A stretch of DNA of 63,337 nucleotides, filler included, from Octopus bimaculoides (taxonomy: Eukaryota): assembly GCF_001194135.2 (NCBI RefSeq). It is 4 parts of 4 records of this genome, joined end to end, with 100 filler letters (N's around TTAATTAATTAA, not from the genome) between each part and the next. Parts side by side here need not be neighbours in the genome. Positions count along the whole stretch, not along the records: positions 34,587 to 53,842 come from NC_068990.1; positions 53,943 to 63,337 come from NC_068982.1; 2 more parts are not named here. One strand, given 5' to 3'. The position numbers and the translations under genes are program-made. Every line of letters begins with the position of its first letter. Within the stretch, counting starts at the first letter, position 1. Shown here piece by piece: positions 50,868 through 63,337 of the stretch. The notes under the pieces were generated by a model. That model saw nothing but the letters and a program-made list of their open reading frames with translations. It made no database searches and was not told the origin of the DNA.

Positions 50868-53842
50868 GTTGTTGTTGTTGTTGTTATTATTATACATTAA
50901 CACACGTTCCGAAAAGAAATTAATTCGGTGATTTTCAATACTGTTAGGAAATTATTGATATCAAATATTGGATTAAAAGATGTGCGGCTACATGGATTAA
51001 ACGCCGGTTTTGTTTCATCTGGTTACCTGAGAGAACCTTAATATTGCTTATGGTTACCTCGCAAATCGGAAATAATTCAAGCCGTGTCATTATTGCAATT
51101 AGTTACATGCTTCCATTTACTGCTGGCTATTAATATCGTTCCGTTCCTTTAAGGTTCATGAAGTGATCTTTGCTCAATCATGTTGATTTTGGACATCTAA
51201 GATACAGAGCCAAGTTGAGAATAAAGGTGATATCAATACAATTGAAATATAAACCTTAGAAGTCCATTCAAATCATATTTATGAGAATGTGCTTCATATA
51301 AACGGGATGAAACATGTAACTGCATGACTAAACGAGGAATTTCTGTATGACAACGAAAATGATGTCTTGGTAAAATGTGCACAGCATGAATATGACCGAA
51401 CTTTGATGCTGTTACAAAACAAGGCAAAAACAGTAGGTGTCTTTCAAGAAAATTAAGATGAAATAGAACCAAATATAATTAATATTGTAATTTTGGATAC
51501 TACATTATTATGCTATTTTCATATTCATTTATCAAAGAGTTAGATTCTTTTTCATATTGTTCTTAATTAAATCCCAGTCAGGCGTGATCGAGCATAACTA
51601 TGTCTTATTTATTTCAACAATGATCATGCATTAGTTTCCGGAAATATATTTCCAGTATCTACTTCTCTTTTATGAAAGTAGTCTGTGATTTGAGGAAGAT
51701 TTAGCTGCTATTTCTATTAGCCTATGAAGTAACCATTGAAGCTAATAATACAAATCAAATCTGGACTGCGATAATCATGGGGTTAAGAATAACGGGAAGC
51801 TTATGTGTTAGTAAAAGCTTGTATTTAATTTTCAACAAAGAACGCTTGGGGTATTGAATACTATAGCACAGTTGAAGAAAATGAAACAGAAAACAACGAG
51901 AAATTAAACTTATTAGTAATTACATCGGTATGTGAACAATTGAAAGATATTTGTATGCATAATTAAATCTCGTTAATCTAAGATCATTAGAAATCATATA
52001 CTGAAATATTTATCTGTTGATATCCACAGAAGTAAAATGTATATATGTATAAGAAAAACAGCGCAGCAAAATCGGAAATCAAAAAGGCTACAGTTTCTGA
52101 GTAACTGATTTTTTTTTTCCTATTCTAACCAGTGTAAATCCTTGTAGAATTATTTTCTATTTCTTTCATCACTGTTTCATCATGTGTGGTAAAATCTATG
52201 GTAATATTCTTTCGTTCACCTCACCATACAATTATGTTAATATAAATATTTAATACAGCCTGCATTAAATAGGTGACTCTAGTTTAAATGACACCACTTT
52301 AAATGCAGTTTAATGCACTGCAACTACTAATAAGGAAAAAGTAATTTACAGGAAGAATAACCATATAAATGTTTGTTACTGGCGATGGAATTTGTTTGCT
52401 ATCTTTAACATATTTTCAAAATATTGCAACTTGAAGATTTAAAATTTGTATAAAGGTTCCTAATTCCCTGTTCATCAAGAGTTTTCAATCTATCCTTCAA
52501 TAATGAACTTTCTAGAGTGGAACCAGATGAGAGACGAAATTTGTGAAAGTAAGTACTACAAACAAAATAAATAGCAACAGGCTATAAACATACGCGTTTG
52601 TGAATTTATTATAGATGAAACATAAAAAAAAAAATGAATATGTTTATTTTTGTGTGGTTCTCACAGCTAACGAAATGATTCTACATCATTTCATTAGTGC
52701 ATATATCTTTGCACTCTGTGCACATATCTTTGGAGGAGAGAAAGCCGAAGTATTTGTTTGTTGAAATATTTGTGATATTCTTTCAAGTTGTACACGAGAA
52801 TCATCAGATTTTACCTGCATAACGCCAACATCAGAAGCAGATTTTTGTTATTTGTATAAGCATTAACTTTTTCATATATCCGTTTCGCATGACTCATATT
52901 ATTATAAGATATTTATTTGGGGGAATACAGCGTGCATAGGGAGATTATCTTTTCATTCTTCGGATTATTTGTATAAGCATTGTAGAATAGTTTACTGACA
53001 AACAATACAAGTGTAATACACACCTCACTCCGCGTTATGTTACTTTCTTATGGTCTATTGTACATATGATTTACATATATAATACATTTATCTACAGCAG
53101 ATATGGTTTATAGCTACATAATACTTGTTATTCTTTATTTTGGAATCAACTGTTTTCCAAAACTTTTTCTTCTCCATGAGATGCCGCATCCAAAATGCAT
53201 AAATAACAGCAGGTAGTACATTTCATATTCAAATTGTTTGAAGCTGGGAACACAAAGGCTGCAGCGGCTAGCTTCAGGTGTGAGAAGCCGGGAGTTATAC
53301 AATATTTTGTTTATGAGAGTAATATACAATATGTTGCTTAACACTGCATCTAGTATACAAATATAATTGAATGATAGAAGAGTATGAAAATGAGGAACAT
53401 CAAGTGACTACAGAAAAAGGTATTAACTTATTACTGTGAGATGCGAAGAGTTTCTCGCGTTTTATATTGATGTGAATACTCAATCGTTTATTTTTCCCTT
53501 ACTAACTTGAGTAATAAATTGCCATGGCCGCGTTGAATATCCCATGAATATCAATATTATATTACATTAGCACTGTATCTCAATGAGTTATGTGTTGCAA
53601 ATCCTTAAGATCGGTACTTCTCAAATTTTTGTAACTCTCTCAGTGTTCATACTTTCATTCTACGATGCAGGGTCACACTCTCAGATGTTAGTGTGAATAT
53701 ACGTAATATCAAGACAAAGAAACTTAGTTCCGGGTAGGGGTAAGAAGCGGGTTAGGGTTAGGGTCAAGATTTCTATAAGCGTAGATAATATATATTTTTT
53801 ATTTTTTACTTGTTTATGTCATTAGTGTGTGTGTGTGTAAGT

Positions 53843-53942
53843 NNNNNNNNNNNNNNNNNNNNNNNNNNNNNNNNNNNNNNNNNNNNTTAATTAATTAANN
53901 NNNNNNNNNNNNNNNNNNNNNNNNNNNNNNNNNNNNNNNNNN
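53843..53942. other. Synthetic scaffold spacer 44N-TTAATTAATTAA-44N
   Basis: Same construct as 17762-17861. Confidence 0.95.
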
Positions 53943-55435
53943 TATATATAATGTGTGTGTGTGGGGGGGTGTATGTCTGTGTCTGTGTGTGCAGGCATGG
54001 GTGTATGATTGAGAAGTTTGTTTCCCAACTACATAGCTTGGGTAAGTGTTTTATGCTAAAACCCTTGGCTGACCAAAGCCTTATGACTGGATTCAGTAGA
54101 TGGAAACTGAAAGAAGACTTGTTTTTGTCTGTGTGTGTATGTTAATTTCTGTGTACTTTCCCATGGACATGACTTGGGTTGCAGTGACATTTATATCATG
54201 CATAGGCAAAAAGTCCCATGGCTTAGCAGTTTGGCATGTGAAGATTTGTGAAACAAAGACATCTTGAAAACATGGGTTGATGTTAGGAAGATTGTTAGGC
54301 CATAGGATGCTGCCTCAAGAAGTCACATCTCACCCTTTCTTGTATGGAAAAAGCTGGTTTAAAAGCCATGAGGATGTTAATGATATTGCACATAATATAT
54401 GGGGTTTTTATGTGTGTGATGTATGTATGCTTGTGTTCCAACTGTGTGGTGTCTTAGGTTTAGTCCCACTGTAAGGCATTTGGGAAAGTGTTTTCTGCTA
54501 TAGGAGTGGATTTGGTGAATGGAAACTGAAAGAAGCTCATCAAGGATATTTATATGTGTGTGTGTGTGTGTGTTTGTACCCTTGTTTTGATATCACTTGA
54601 TGATTGCAAACAAATGTTGTAAGCAATGTTGTTCATTTCCAGTCTGCCATGGAAAACACGTTGGGCCATGGGAAATATTACCTTGGTAGGAAATACACAA
54701 GGATTGGCAACAGCAAGAGCATCTAGGTGTAGTCAAAACATTGGAACATTTAATGTATTATGAAGGGAATTAGTAGATGGAGATTGTATGAACACCCATC
54801 ATATATGTATATGTCTATAGATGAGTATATGTGTGAATGTTGATTCTGCAAGTCTTCATTGATACTGTCTGAAAATTAAACTGACATTAATTACTTTCTC
54901 TAGTGAAGAAATGTCCCATACCTAGCAGATATCTGAGGACCAGTAAAATAAAAGAACCTTACTTGACAAACAAGTAAGGGTTAGTAATTGAAAGAGCATC
55001 CTAGCTTAGAAATTCTGCTTCAATAAGTTTCATATAATCCTTGCTAGCATGGAAGGATGGACATAAAATGATGATGATGATAAGATGTGTATATGTGTGA
55101 GTGTTATATATTTGTATGCACTCATAATTGTGTGGTGTAAGAATGACGTGTGTATGTGTAAGATCTAGGCATGAACTCTAAACTGCATCAAAGCTGTCCG
55201 TTTATGAAGTCAGTTACTTAAGATCAGAAACAATATAGGCTAGAATAGAAGGAACAATTTATTCCTCTTACACGGAACAACTTCTCTAGCACCAGTTATA
55301 GGGTAAAATGTACCAAGTTTTGCACAAGAAAGTTGCCTTGTTTTCTCTGTTCCTCTGTGTGTGTTCAGACTCCAGTGAGGGATGAAGCTGTTCAACCCAT
55401 GTCAACATCAAGAAATAAACATAAAATGATAATGG

Positions 55436-55496
<61 letters not shown>

Positions 55497-56514
55497 TGCA
55501 TGCATAGACTTGCACACATATATAAATATATAATCACATTTCCATCTGTTTTCCTTGCTGGCATTAGTTAAACAGGTTGTCACTGTCCAAAAGAGCTCAC
55601 ATTTGAAGTTACTGTGCTCTTAGGCAGGTTGGGAGACCATGTATCATGCATATGTTCTATCCTCGTCATGATTTCTATAGCAAGGTGCCTTTCCTAACAC
55701 CAACAATTTTACAGAGTGTACTGGATGCATCTGATCATGACACCAGCATGAGAAACAATTTTTGTCCTCAACAGAACAGGACTAAAGAGTCCATTTAGCT
55801 CTTTATTTTCTCCAGGCATTTGTCAACTTTTATTTTGGGCACATTTTATCTTGATACTAGTACTTGTGACATTGCCTTGCAAGGCAAAAATGTCTCCACT
55901 ATTTTGCATTGTCTCTGTTTTTTCGGGGCAATATGACAAACATCACAGCTAGAACAAAAGCACATTCAGAACATGAACTAGGACGAATGAAGAGGACAAA
56001 AAGTGAAGTATGATGAAAGGAAACAGAGTGATTGGTGTACCATGTTAGAATAAAAAGGGCAGATTAGGATATGCAATATGAAAAGGCATTGTGAAAAGCA
56101 GACAATAATTGCAATGTGTGTGTGTATGTGTAGCAGGTGGAGATGCATCCAGTCTCGTTTCTCTTAATTGCAAAATAACTTAAACAGTACTAATATCAAG
56201 TACATTATTGCACCTCCTCCCTCCTACTAGAGCCCTCATGGATGCTCTAAACACTGAACTTTACTATCACTGAGGATCTCCACATCCTCAAGATAGATAA
56301 GACAGCATCCTTAAAACTAGCCCTTCTTATCAGGATTAGAAAATATTTCAGCTCCCAAGTTAACTGGCACCCTACAAGTCTAAAGTGAGGTTTGTAATTC
56401 AGCTTTATTCCACATTCAGGATAGTGATGCAGCATGCACACAGATTTCCTGGACTGCATCTAGAGAAGAGCCACTTGATGATTGGCATTAAATTACTAAC
56501 AAAATGCTCCATCC

Positions 56515-56655
56515 TCAAATGGCACATAAAAAGCACTCATTACACTCTTGGAGTGTTTGGTATTAAGAAGGGCATCCAGCCTTCCAGAATGCCAGCCCAG
56601 TCAAACCATCCAACCCATGCCAACATGGACAACGAACGTTAAATGATGATGGTAT
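56515..56655 (+). mobile_element. Degraded RTE tail copy
   Basis: ggcacataaaaagcactc...ttaagaagggcatccagc...ccaacccatgccaacatggacaacgaacgttaaatgatgatg. Confidence 0.75.
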
Positions 56656-56864
56656 ATGTGTGTGTGTGTGTGTGTTTTATCTGTGAGATAGATATTCATT
56701 TACATGTACACACATATACTGTCTTAATCAGTAAACAATGAAGACTTTTTCTTGATAGAGTTAGATGTGATGTTTACAGTACCTCTCGCAACTCATCCAG
56801 AGTGCAATTCTTCAGTAAAATGCAGCATTTACAAATTAGTTACACTAATATAGGTACAGGCATA

Positions 56865-57240
56865 GCTGTGTGGTCAAGAAGTTTGCTTTGCGGCCATGAC
56901 TTTCAAGTTCTGTCCAACTGTGTGGTACCTTGAGAAAGTGTTGCCTGCTATATCCTCAGACCAACCAATACCTTGTGAGGGAATTTTGTAAATGGAAACT
57001 GTTTAGAACATGTTTGTGTATGTATGAATTATTTGTATGCATATGTGTGTATGCTTATTTGTTTTTGTCTTCCATCACTTGACAGCTATTTTTGGTTTGT
57101 TTACATCTCCATAACTGAACAGTTCAGCTAAAAACAAATGATAGGATAAGTACCAAACTTAGAAATAAGTATTGGGGATAAATTTGATTTGACTAAATCC
57201 TGCAAAGCATTGCCCCTGTATGCCCACAGTGCAATGACTA
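56865..57240 (+). mobile_element. Old composite SINE (B head + D tail)
   Basis: ggcatagctgtgtggtcaagaagtttgctttg...ggaaactg; tttgtttacatctccataactgaacagttcagc. Confidence 0.65.
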
Positions 57241-57731
57241 CACAGCATATTCTCTTCACATACAAACTTTTTTTCCCTTAAACATAATGTGAACAAGACA
57301 TTGCTAAAGAAATATGTAACTTTACATCCAAACAGTGCATTGCATCTGCCAAATGTTTTAACATGTATTTCTGATATATCCTCATCTTCATCGTCCTCAT
57401 CATTTTAATGTCCACTTTTCCATATTCATATGGGTCCGATAGAATTTGTTGAGTCATTTTATGACTGGATGCCCTTAAACCAGACATGTTTTCATAGAAG
57501 ATTCAAAATGAAGGACAGCACTTGCATGTTGGTGACACTTGTTTACAGCAATCATGTAATGTCAAGACAAGGCGACAGCACAGGCTTCGTCTAGTCTATC
57601 AATCCACTTGCAAGGGTTTAGTTGACCTGGGGTTATAGTAGAAGACATTTGCCCAAGGTGCCATGTTGTGGCATATGGTTGGGAGGCGGACTTTTTACCA
57701 GACACCCACACCTGCACCTGTCTGTAAATAC

Positions 57732-57798
<67 letters not shown>

Positions 57799-58049
57799 CA
57801 TACATATATATAAGCATGCACACACATGAGCATACACCATTTATTCTTTTTGCCAGTTTCAATCATTTGATTACTTCCATACTAAGGTACTACCTCCAAA
57901 AGTTTAGTTGGACAGTGAAAGAGTATTTCTGCTATACAAGATACTAATATTTTCTTCATTATTATCATAATATACCTGAGATGCTGTATCAATAGGTACT
58001 ACTTTAGGTCCCATATTTACAGTAGCTTTGTAACCATAATAGAAAAAAT

Positions 58050-58420
58050 GAAGCGTACAATATACCCCAAATGTGCAGACAATATACTAATCATAATGGT
58101 CATACCAGCAGACACTGAATAATTAAAAGGCTCGCTAAAATTTAGCATCCAGAACAATACAAACAGAACCCAAGCTATGCAATGATTCCAATTCTAGACA
58201 TAAATGTTAAAGTAAAAACTAACAGATACCACACATCCATTTATACAGATACAAAATGTCAGTGGTAAAATCTCCATTGAAAACATTATTTAGATTCTCT
58301 TTCACATAATGATGCACTCAATACAGATATCTACAAAATGAAACAGATTATCAGTAGTGGCTTTTTCTAACAAACTAATAGACAGAGTCATAGAACAGTT
58401 TATGTACAAACACAATGTGA
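58050..58420 (+). pseudogene. Penelope-like reverse transcriptase remnant
   Basis: Manual translation: CADNILII (YVDDI-like), LKFSIQ, IPILDINVKVKTNRYHTSIY (LPFLD...TSVY-like). Confidence 0.55.
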
Positions 58421-58564
58421 CTTGCCAGAAGCCTCTCTGTATCAACTTAAATGGCTCTGTTTCACAGCTCTACAGCAAAATATAATATATATATATTAGT
58501 GTCATTTGGTAAAAATTGTAATTTTCAAAAGGAAACCCATGACCTCTGAATTCTGTTGGCAATT

Positions 58565-58807
58565 TCACCCTACCGATTTACATCTGTGTTTTGCATGCTT
58601 TCCAAATATTTGGAAGCGATACTTTTTTAAAGTTTTACTATATATTGTAATTTTAGGATCCACATGGATTTTCCCAAGACAAAGTTGATAATGGATAACA
58701 GTTTTGTCATGATTTATTGTGAACCTTAGCATGTTGCATGCCAGTGAAACTGTATTCATAAGAGTTTGAAGATCTTTTCTCATTATGTACTGCAATATCT
58801 TATTCAT
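58565..58807 (-). pseudogene. RTE-clade reverse transcriptase remnant
   Basis: KDLQTLMNTVSLACNMLRFTINHDKTVIHYQ...PKITI follows the RTE pattern LQ.LM..F..AC..FGL.IN..KT. Confidence 0.7.
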
Positions 58808-58903
58808 CAGTGTACAAGAGGTCTCTTAATCAGTGATACAAAAATGTGTGATTTTTAATTGAGCTGTTTGAAGTTGAATAATTTACCAGTTGTACAGTAC
58901 CAT

Positions 58904-58949
<46 letters not shown>

Positions 58950-59674
58950 ATTATTATTAATTATTTAACCCTTACCGAGTTCTCATACTGGATATATGCG
59001 ACGCAGTAAATATTCTCTGCAGACATATTCCTGGAATTAGCGCGCCAAAACGAAGACTTTTGAATTTTACCATTAAGCTGTAATTAGCAGAACCATATAC
59101 ACGCGCACCTGTGGCAGTGGGCAACTTTGTATGGGGTTCTGATGATTATGGTTCCATTACAAATCAGGCTGAAGAGAAATAGACAGTCGGTAAGATTGTT
59201 AAATTTGAAACCGGTACCTGTTTAATAATGTTCCTTTNNNNNNNNNNNNNNNNNNNNNNNNNNNNNNNNNNNNNNNNNNNNNNNNNNNNNNNNNNNNNNN
59301 NNNNNNNNNNNNNNNNNNNNNNNNNNNNNNNNNNNNNNNNNNNNNNNNNNNNNNNNNNNNNNNNNNNNNNNNNNNNNNNNNNNNNNNNNNNNNNNNNNNN
59401 NNNNNNNNNNNNNNNNNNNNNNNNNNNNNNNNNNNNNNNNNNNNNNNNNNNNNNNNNNNNNNNNNNNNNNNNNNNNNNATATATATATAATATATATGCC
59501 TTCAAAGTAGTCTTTAAAAGTAATTGAAAAGAAATTGTCGCGAAATATACAACAGAGTAAGATCTTGCCAGTTTTGCACAATTGTTTATAGAAAATGGAT
59601 GAGTATTCTATATCGATTACAGCACATGTTCTCCTTTTGGAATACCATCAACACCTTTGTTCTTTATTTGCTTA

Positions 59675-59903
59675 TTAACCCTTTAGTATTCAGATTATTC
59701 TGGTAAATGGATTCTTTATTTGTTCACATTATTTTGAATTAATCATGCATTATCTCATAGCTTCAAGATTTTGTTGATGTGGTAATTTATTTTTAGAATG
59801 ACATTGCAGAGTAAGTGTGAAAGGCCAGATATGGCCATTCTGAACATAAAAGTGGATAGAATATTTTGGCTGAATGTGGCCGGTTTAAATGTCAAGGGGC
59901 TAA
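59675..59903. mobile_element. piggyBac-type MITE
   Basis: Starts TTAA-CCCTTTAG and ends with degenerate gtcaagggg-ctaa. Confidence 0.5.
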
Positions 59904-60488
59904 GAAACTTTACTCCCTTCACTCTTTAGGTACCCTTACACTTGAGACTGCCTTTGCTTCTTTGATACAAACTTCTTGTTTGAAAATGATCTAATTTCAT
60001 GTTAATTTATGTTCCAAACATCAGCTTAATAATTACAAATTCATTTTATTGAATTAATTGAAACTGAGTTTGTAGTTTAATAGAAATATGGTAGCAAACG
60101 GGTTAAATCATGTTTATGATCTTTGCTCAATTTCCTGTGCTCCTATTTAGGCTAAAAATGGTAAAACATTTATTAATTCAAATAGCATTTTGTAAGTGTC
60201 TAGAATATTTTAATAATCTGTTAGGTTTACATCTTTTTCAGAAGTCACTGACACTGCAAATTCCAATAAAACACTTTTTTGACAATTGAACTACTTTGAG
60301 TGAAGTAGGAGTCGCTTGCTGCAAACTTGAAAATAGTAAAATTTCAAGCACAAACATTTATTTATGCACATGCACACATATATATGTAAGCAATGTGTGT
60401 ATATGAAGGTGCAGGGGTTGTTTAGCTCTAAATTGTTAGTCTTGGGTTTGATTCTTGGACTAGGCAGTGCAGTATCTTTGAGCAAGGC

Positions 60489-60523
<35 letters not shown>

Positions 60524-61394
60524 TTACTTTACATCACTTCAGTTTTCTTATATATGTATATGTTAATGTGTGCGATATGTGGATACACACATATATTAAT
60601 ATATGTATGAAGGGCAGACATGTTGCAAAGTTTACCTATCACATCGGTTCGGGTTTGATTCCTCCGTGTGACACCTTAGGCTAGTGTCTTCTATTGTAGC
60701 CCCAGGTCAACAAATCTTTGTAAGTGGATTTGGTGGACAGAAATTGAAAGAAGCCTATCATGTGTGTATCTTGACATTTGCACTTCTTAAAGTTACTCAA
60801 GCGATAGTCCTTTCCCTTGACTCAGGTTGTCCACTGATTTTGTACCTTCAAAGGCATATGAAATATGATATCCCTAACTTGAAAGAAACAGATAAGGATT
60901 TTGCAACCAGAAGTTCACAAGAAGACCATCTGACTGTAAAATATTTGTCTAACCCATGCTTATGTGGAAAAAACAGGTGTAAAAATGAATGACTGAACAA
61001 ATCTGAGTATGTGTGTCTATATAGGTATAGTGTGTGTATATTGTATATAAATATGTATAAATTGTTGGTATTTTTTGCATCTTATTCTCCTAGTACAATT
61101 AAGACTCACACTTTTTTGAAATCACCAGCAGATAGTAGACCTTTTATTGTGATTGTTAGGATATCACAGAGATCTCTGTGGAGTTTCCTTGCACAGGAAA
61201 ACATGAAAGATATTTAGGTAGGAGCAGTCATCATGCTTTAGTTGCCTGTACATCCTCCCCCTCCTTTAAAGTGCTATCAGTTCCATATTGGTTTTGTCTT
61301 CATCATCATAAGAGCCTGTGGCTGAGATGTTCTTCATTTTGATGATGTGTATGCAGCCATCATATTTATTTGTATACATTTATATGTGTGTGTG

Positions 61395-62285
61395 TATGAG
61401 GGTTTTACGGATAGTAATAGGAAAGCATGTTTTTTTTTTTTTATTAACTGAAATGGGTCATTCAGACTGCACATGTTAGAATAACTGACCTGGCCAATTT
61501 GCTAATTACCTGATTTCTTGCCAAAGATATTTGTAGCCATATATTGTCAGCGTCTCTTTGCTTTTTGAATGTCTCAGTATACAACTTGCTATTCTTGGTG
61601 TAACCACTTTCTAAAAATCAAAGAGTATAACATCCTTGTCATCTCCCAAAACAGCCACCATGATTTCTGCATGAATCACTGGTTCTTGAACTCCTTAGAC
61701 TTTGGAGAAGAGGTGTGACACTATTCCATGTCAGGGGATAAAAAAAAACAAAAAATGAGAACCACCCATGTCTTCGGTGGCTTTAAATGCTTCCAGATGA
61801 GTGTAAAACTTTCTCCTTTCTTTCTTTCAAATCGAGTGTCACTTGCCTAAGAACTAACTCATTTTGCATACACTTTGTGTTGCTCAGTCCTCCATCGCTT
61901 TCTGTAATGCATTGTGACCACTGTCCAGTTGTGCAGCAAGCTTACAGATAGTGATTTGTCAGGCTATGCGAATTAATTCGTCCACTCGCTGGAAATTCAT
62001 GTTGCTGGTCGCAGTTGATGGTCAGTCACTGCGTGATTTGTCTGTGTTGTTGTTTTCCCTTTTATATTTCATCCATCTGCGCACATTGATCTTGTCAATG
62101 GTGTCATATTTGAAAACAAACAACCTGTATCATTCTGTGATGCTAGACAGTCTACACACTTCCTTCGTCAAGAAGTCAATGAGGGCACATTGTTTTTGCT
62201 TGGAACCATTTATTTGTCTGCAATGAAAGAAGACCAGGAAGGAGAGTTACTTTACCTACATGTGCAATTTGAGCAACCTATGATA
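61395..62285 (-). pseudogene. Mariner-family transposase relic
   Basis: Minus translation: QCALIDFLTKE, DKSRSD*PSTATSNMNFQRVDELIRIA*QITICKLAAQL, and CHTSSPKSKEFKNQ (EWRH..SPKPKKFK-like). Confidence 0.8.
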
Positions 62286-63262
62286 ATGAAAAGTTATTTT
62301 CACTCTTGCAATATTTTCGGTAGAACCGTAGTGTACACGCGCACTCTTTGCTTTCAGAATTCAAATTCCATAATAGCCTATTTGGCTAGCAGGCTTAAAC
62401 CATCGCCCTGTCTAACACCACAACCTAGTGCCTCAGATATCTTCACTAGAGTCCATTCTGTTTGGAAACATTCGGGCCAGATCACTTGGTTTAAAGGATA
62501 CCTTTCTACCCATCTACCTGTCTCATAGACCCTGTAAACGGGTCGCTTGGCATTATCTTTCCTCCTGACGAAATGATTGTGTGTGTGTGTAACTCATTTT
62601 ATCTGAATGAAATGTTAATTTTTTCATTATTATGTCATCATCACATCATATTAGATATTGTTAATAATGTCTAATTATATAAAAAAAAAAGTCGTATGGT
62701 TGATTCATTTATATCGCTAAAAGCAACATTATTTTACGTTCCGTTTTGTAATGTTTTCTTCTATCTTAAACGACTACTATCGAGACAAATCAAAACATTC
62801 CGATGGAAATATAACCATATATGTAACGGACAATGCGCAACATTTGAAATATTGCTATAACTCTTTTTCATCCCCAGACTTGTATTTTGAAATAGCTTAG
62901 ATACGGAAATGGATATATGTAAATGAACTTCACACACATGCACACGTATTCCGTCGGGTTTGTCTTCAGTTTGAGGCTCCTCTCTCTTCTTTCCCACCTA
63001 TCAGTCTCCCGACAAGGGCCATGGGCATTCCCTTCCGAGACATTAAAAAAATCGTACACATACACACACGTCTAAATCCTGGGTTATTTGTTCTTTGGCA
63101 TCTTAAAAATTAAAGAACTCAAAAGTATATGGACTGTTAACACACACATATATATGATATATAAATGCTTAGAGTATATATGAATTATTATAAATATATT
63201 CATATATATCGAATTATATATATGTATATGTATGTGTATATGTATATATATGTGTGAATATA

Positions 63263-63337
<75 letters not shown>

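Noticed and set aside
53749-53764. TTAGGG telomere-like repeats
   Set aside because: Only two perfect units; too short to call an interstitial telomere.

Overview
AT-rich, microsatellite-dense eukaryotic DNA. The repeat families resemble those I recall from octopus (cephalopod) genomes; this is inference, no search was run. I can support no host protein-coding exon, and most ORF-track entries are microsatellite artefacts. The window is a mosaic of mobile DNA: several tRNA-derived SINE families, RTE LINE fragments sharing a modular 3' tail, a DD37D (maT)-type, a Tc1-type and a mariner-type transposase relic, a degraded Helitron Rep/Pif1 gene, a Helentron-type non-autonomous element, a piggyBac-type MITE, and Penelope-like (PLE) RT and GIY-YIG remnants. 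The most notable items are: (1) a tRNA-headed element whose tail carries a minimal hammerhead-ribozyme motif, which once directly follows a PLE GIY-YIG C-terminus and twice occurs head-to-head; (2) several other, mostly degenerate, minimal hammerhead motifs, including a ~500-bp inverted repeat with one in each arm; (3) a ~1.76-kb two-LTR element with a tRNA-Trp PBS, a PPT and a 4-bp ATAT target duplication, inserted in a 30-bp minisatellite. Three 44N-TTAATTAATTAA-44N spacers are synthetic scaffold joins, so continuity across them is unproven. Repeat boundaries were read by eye and are approximate unless exact motifs are quoted.
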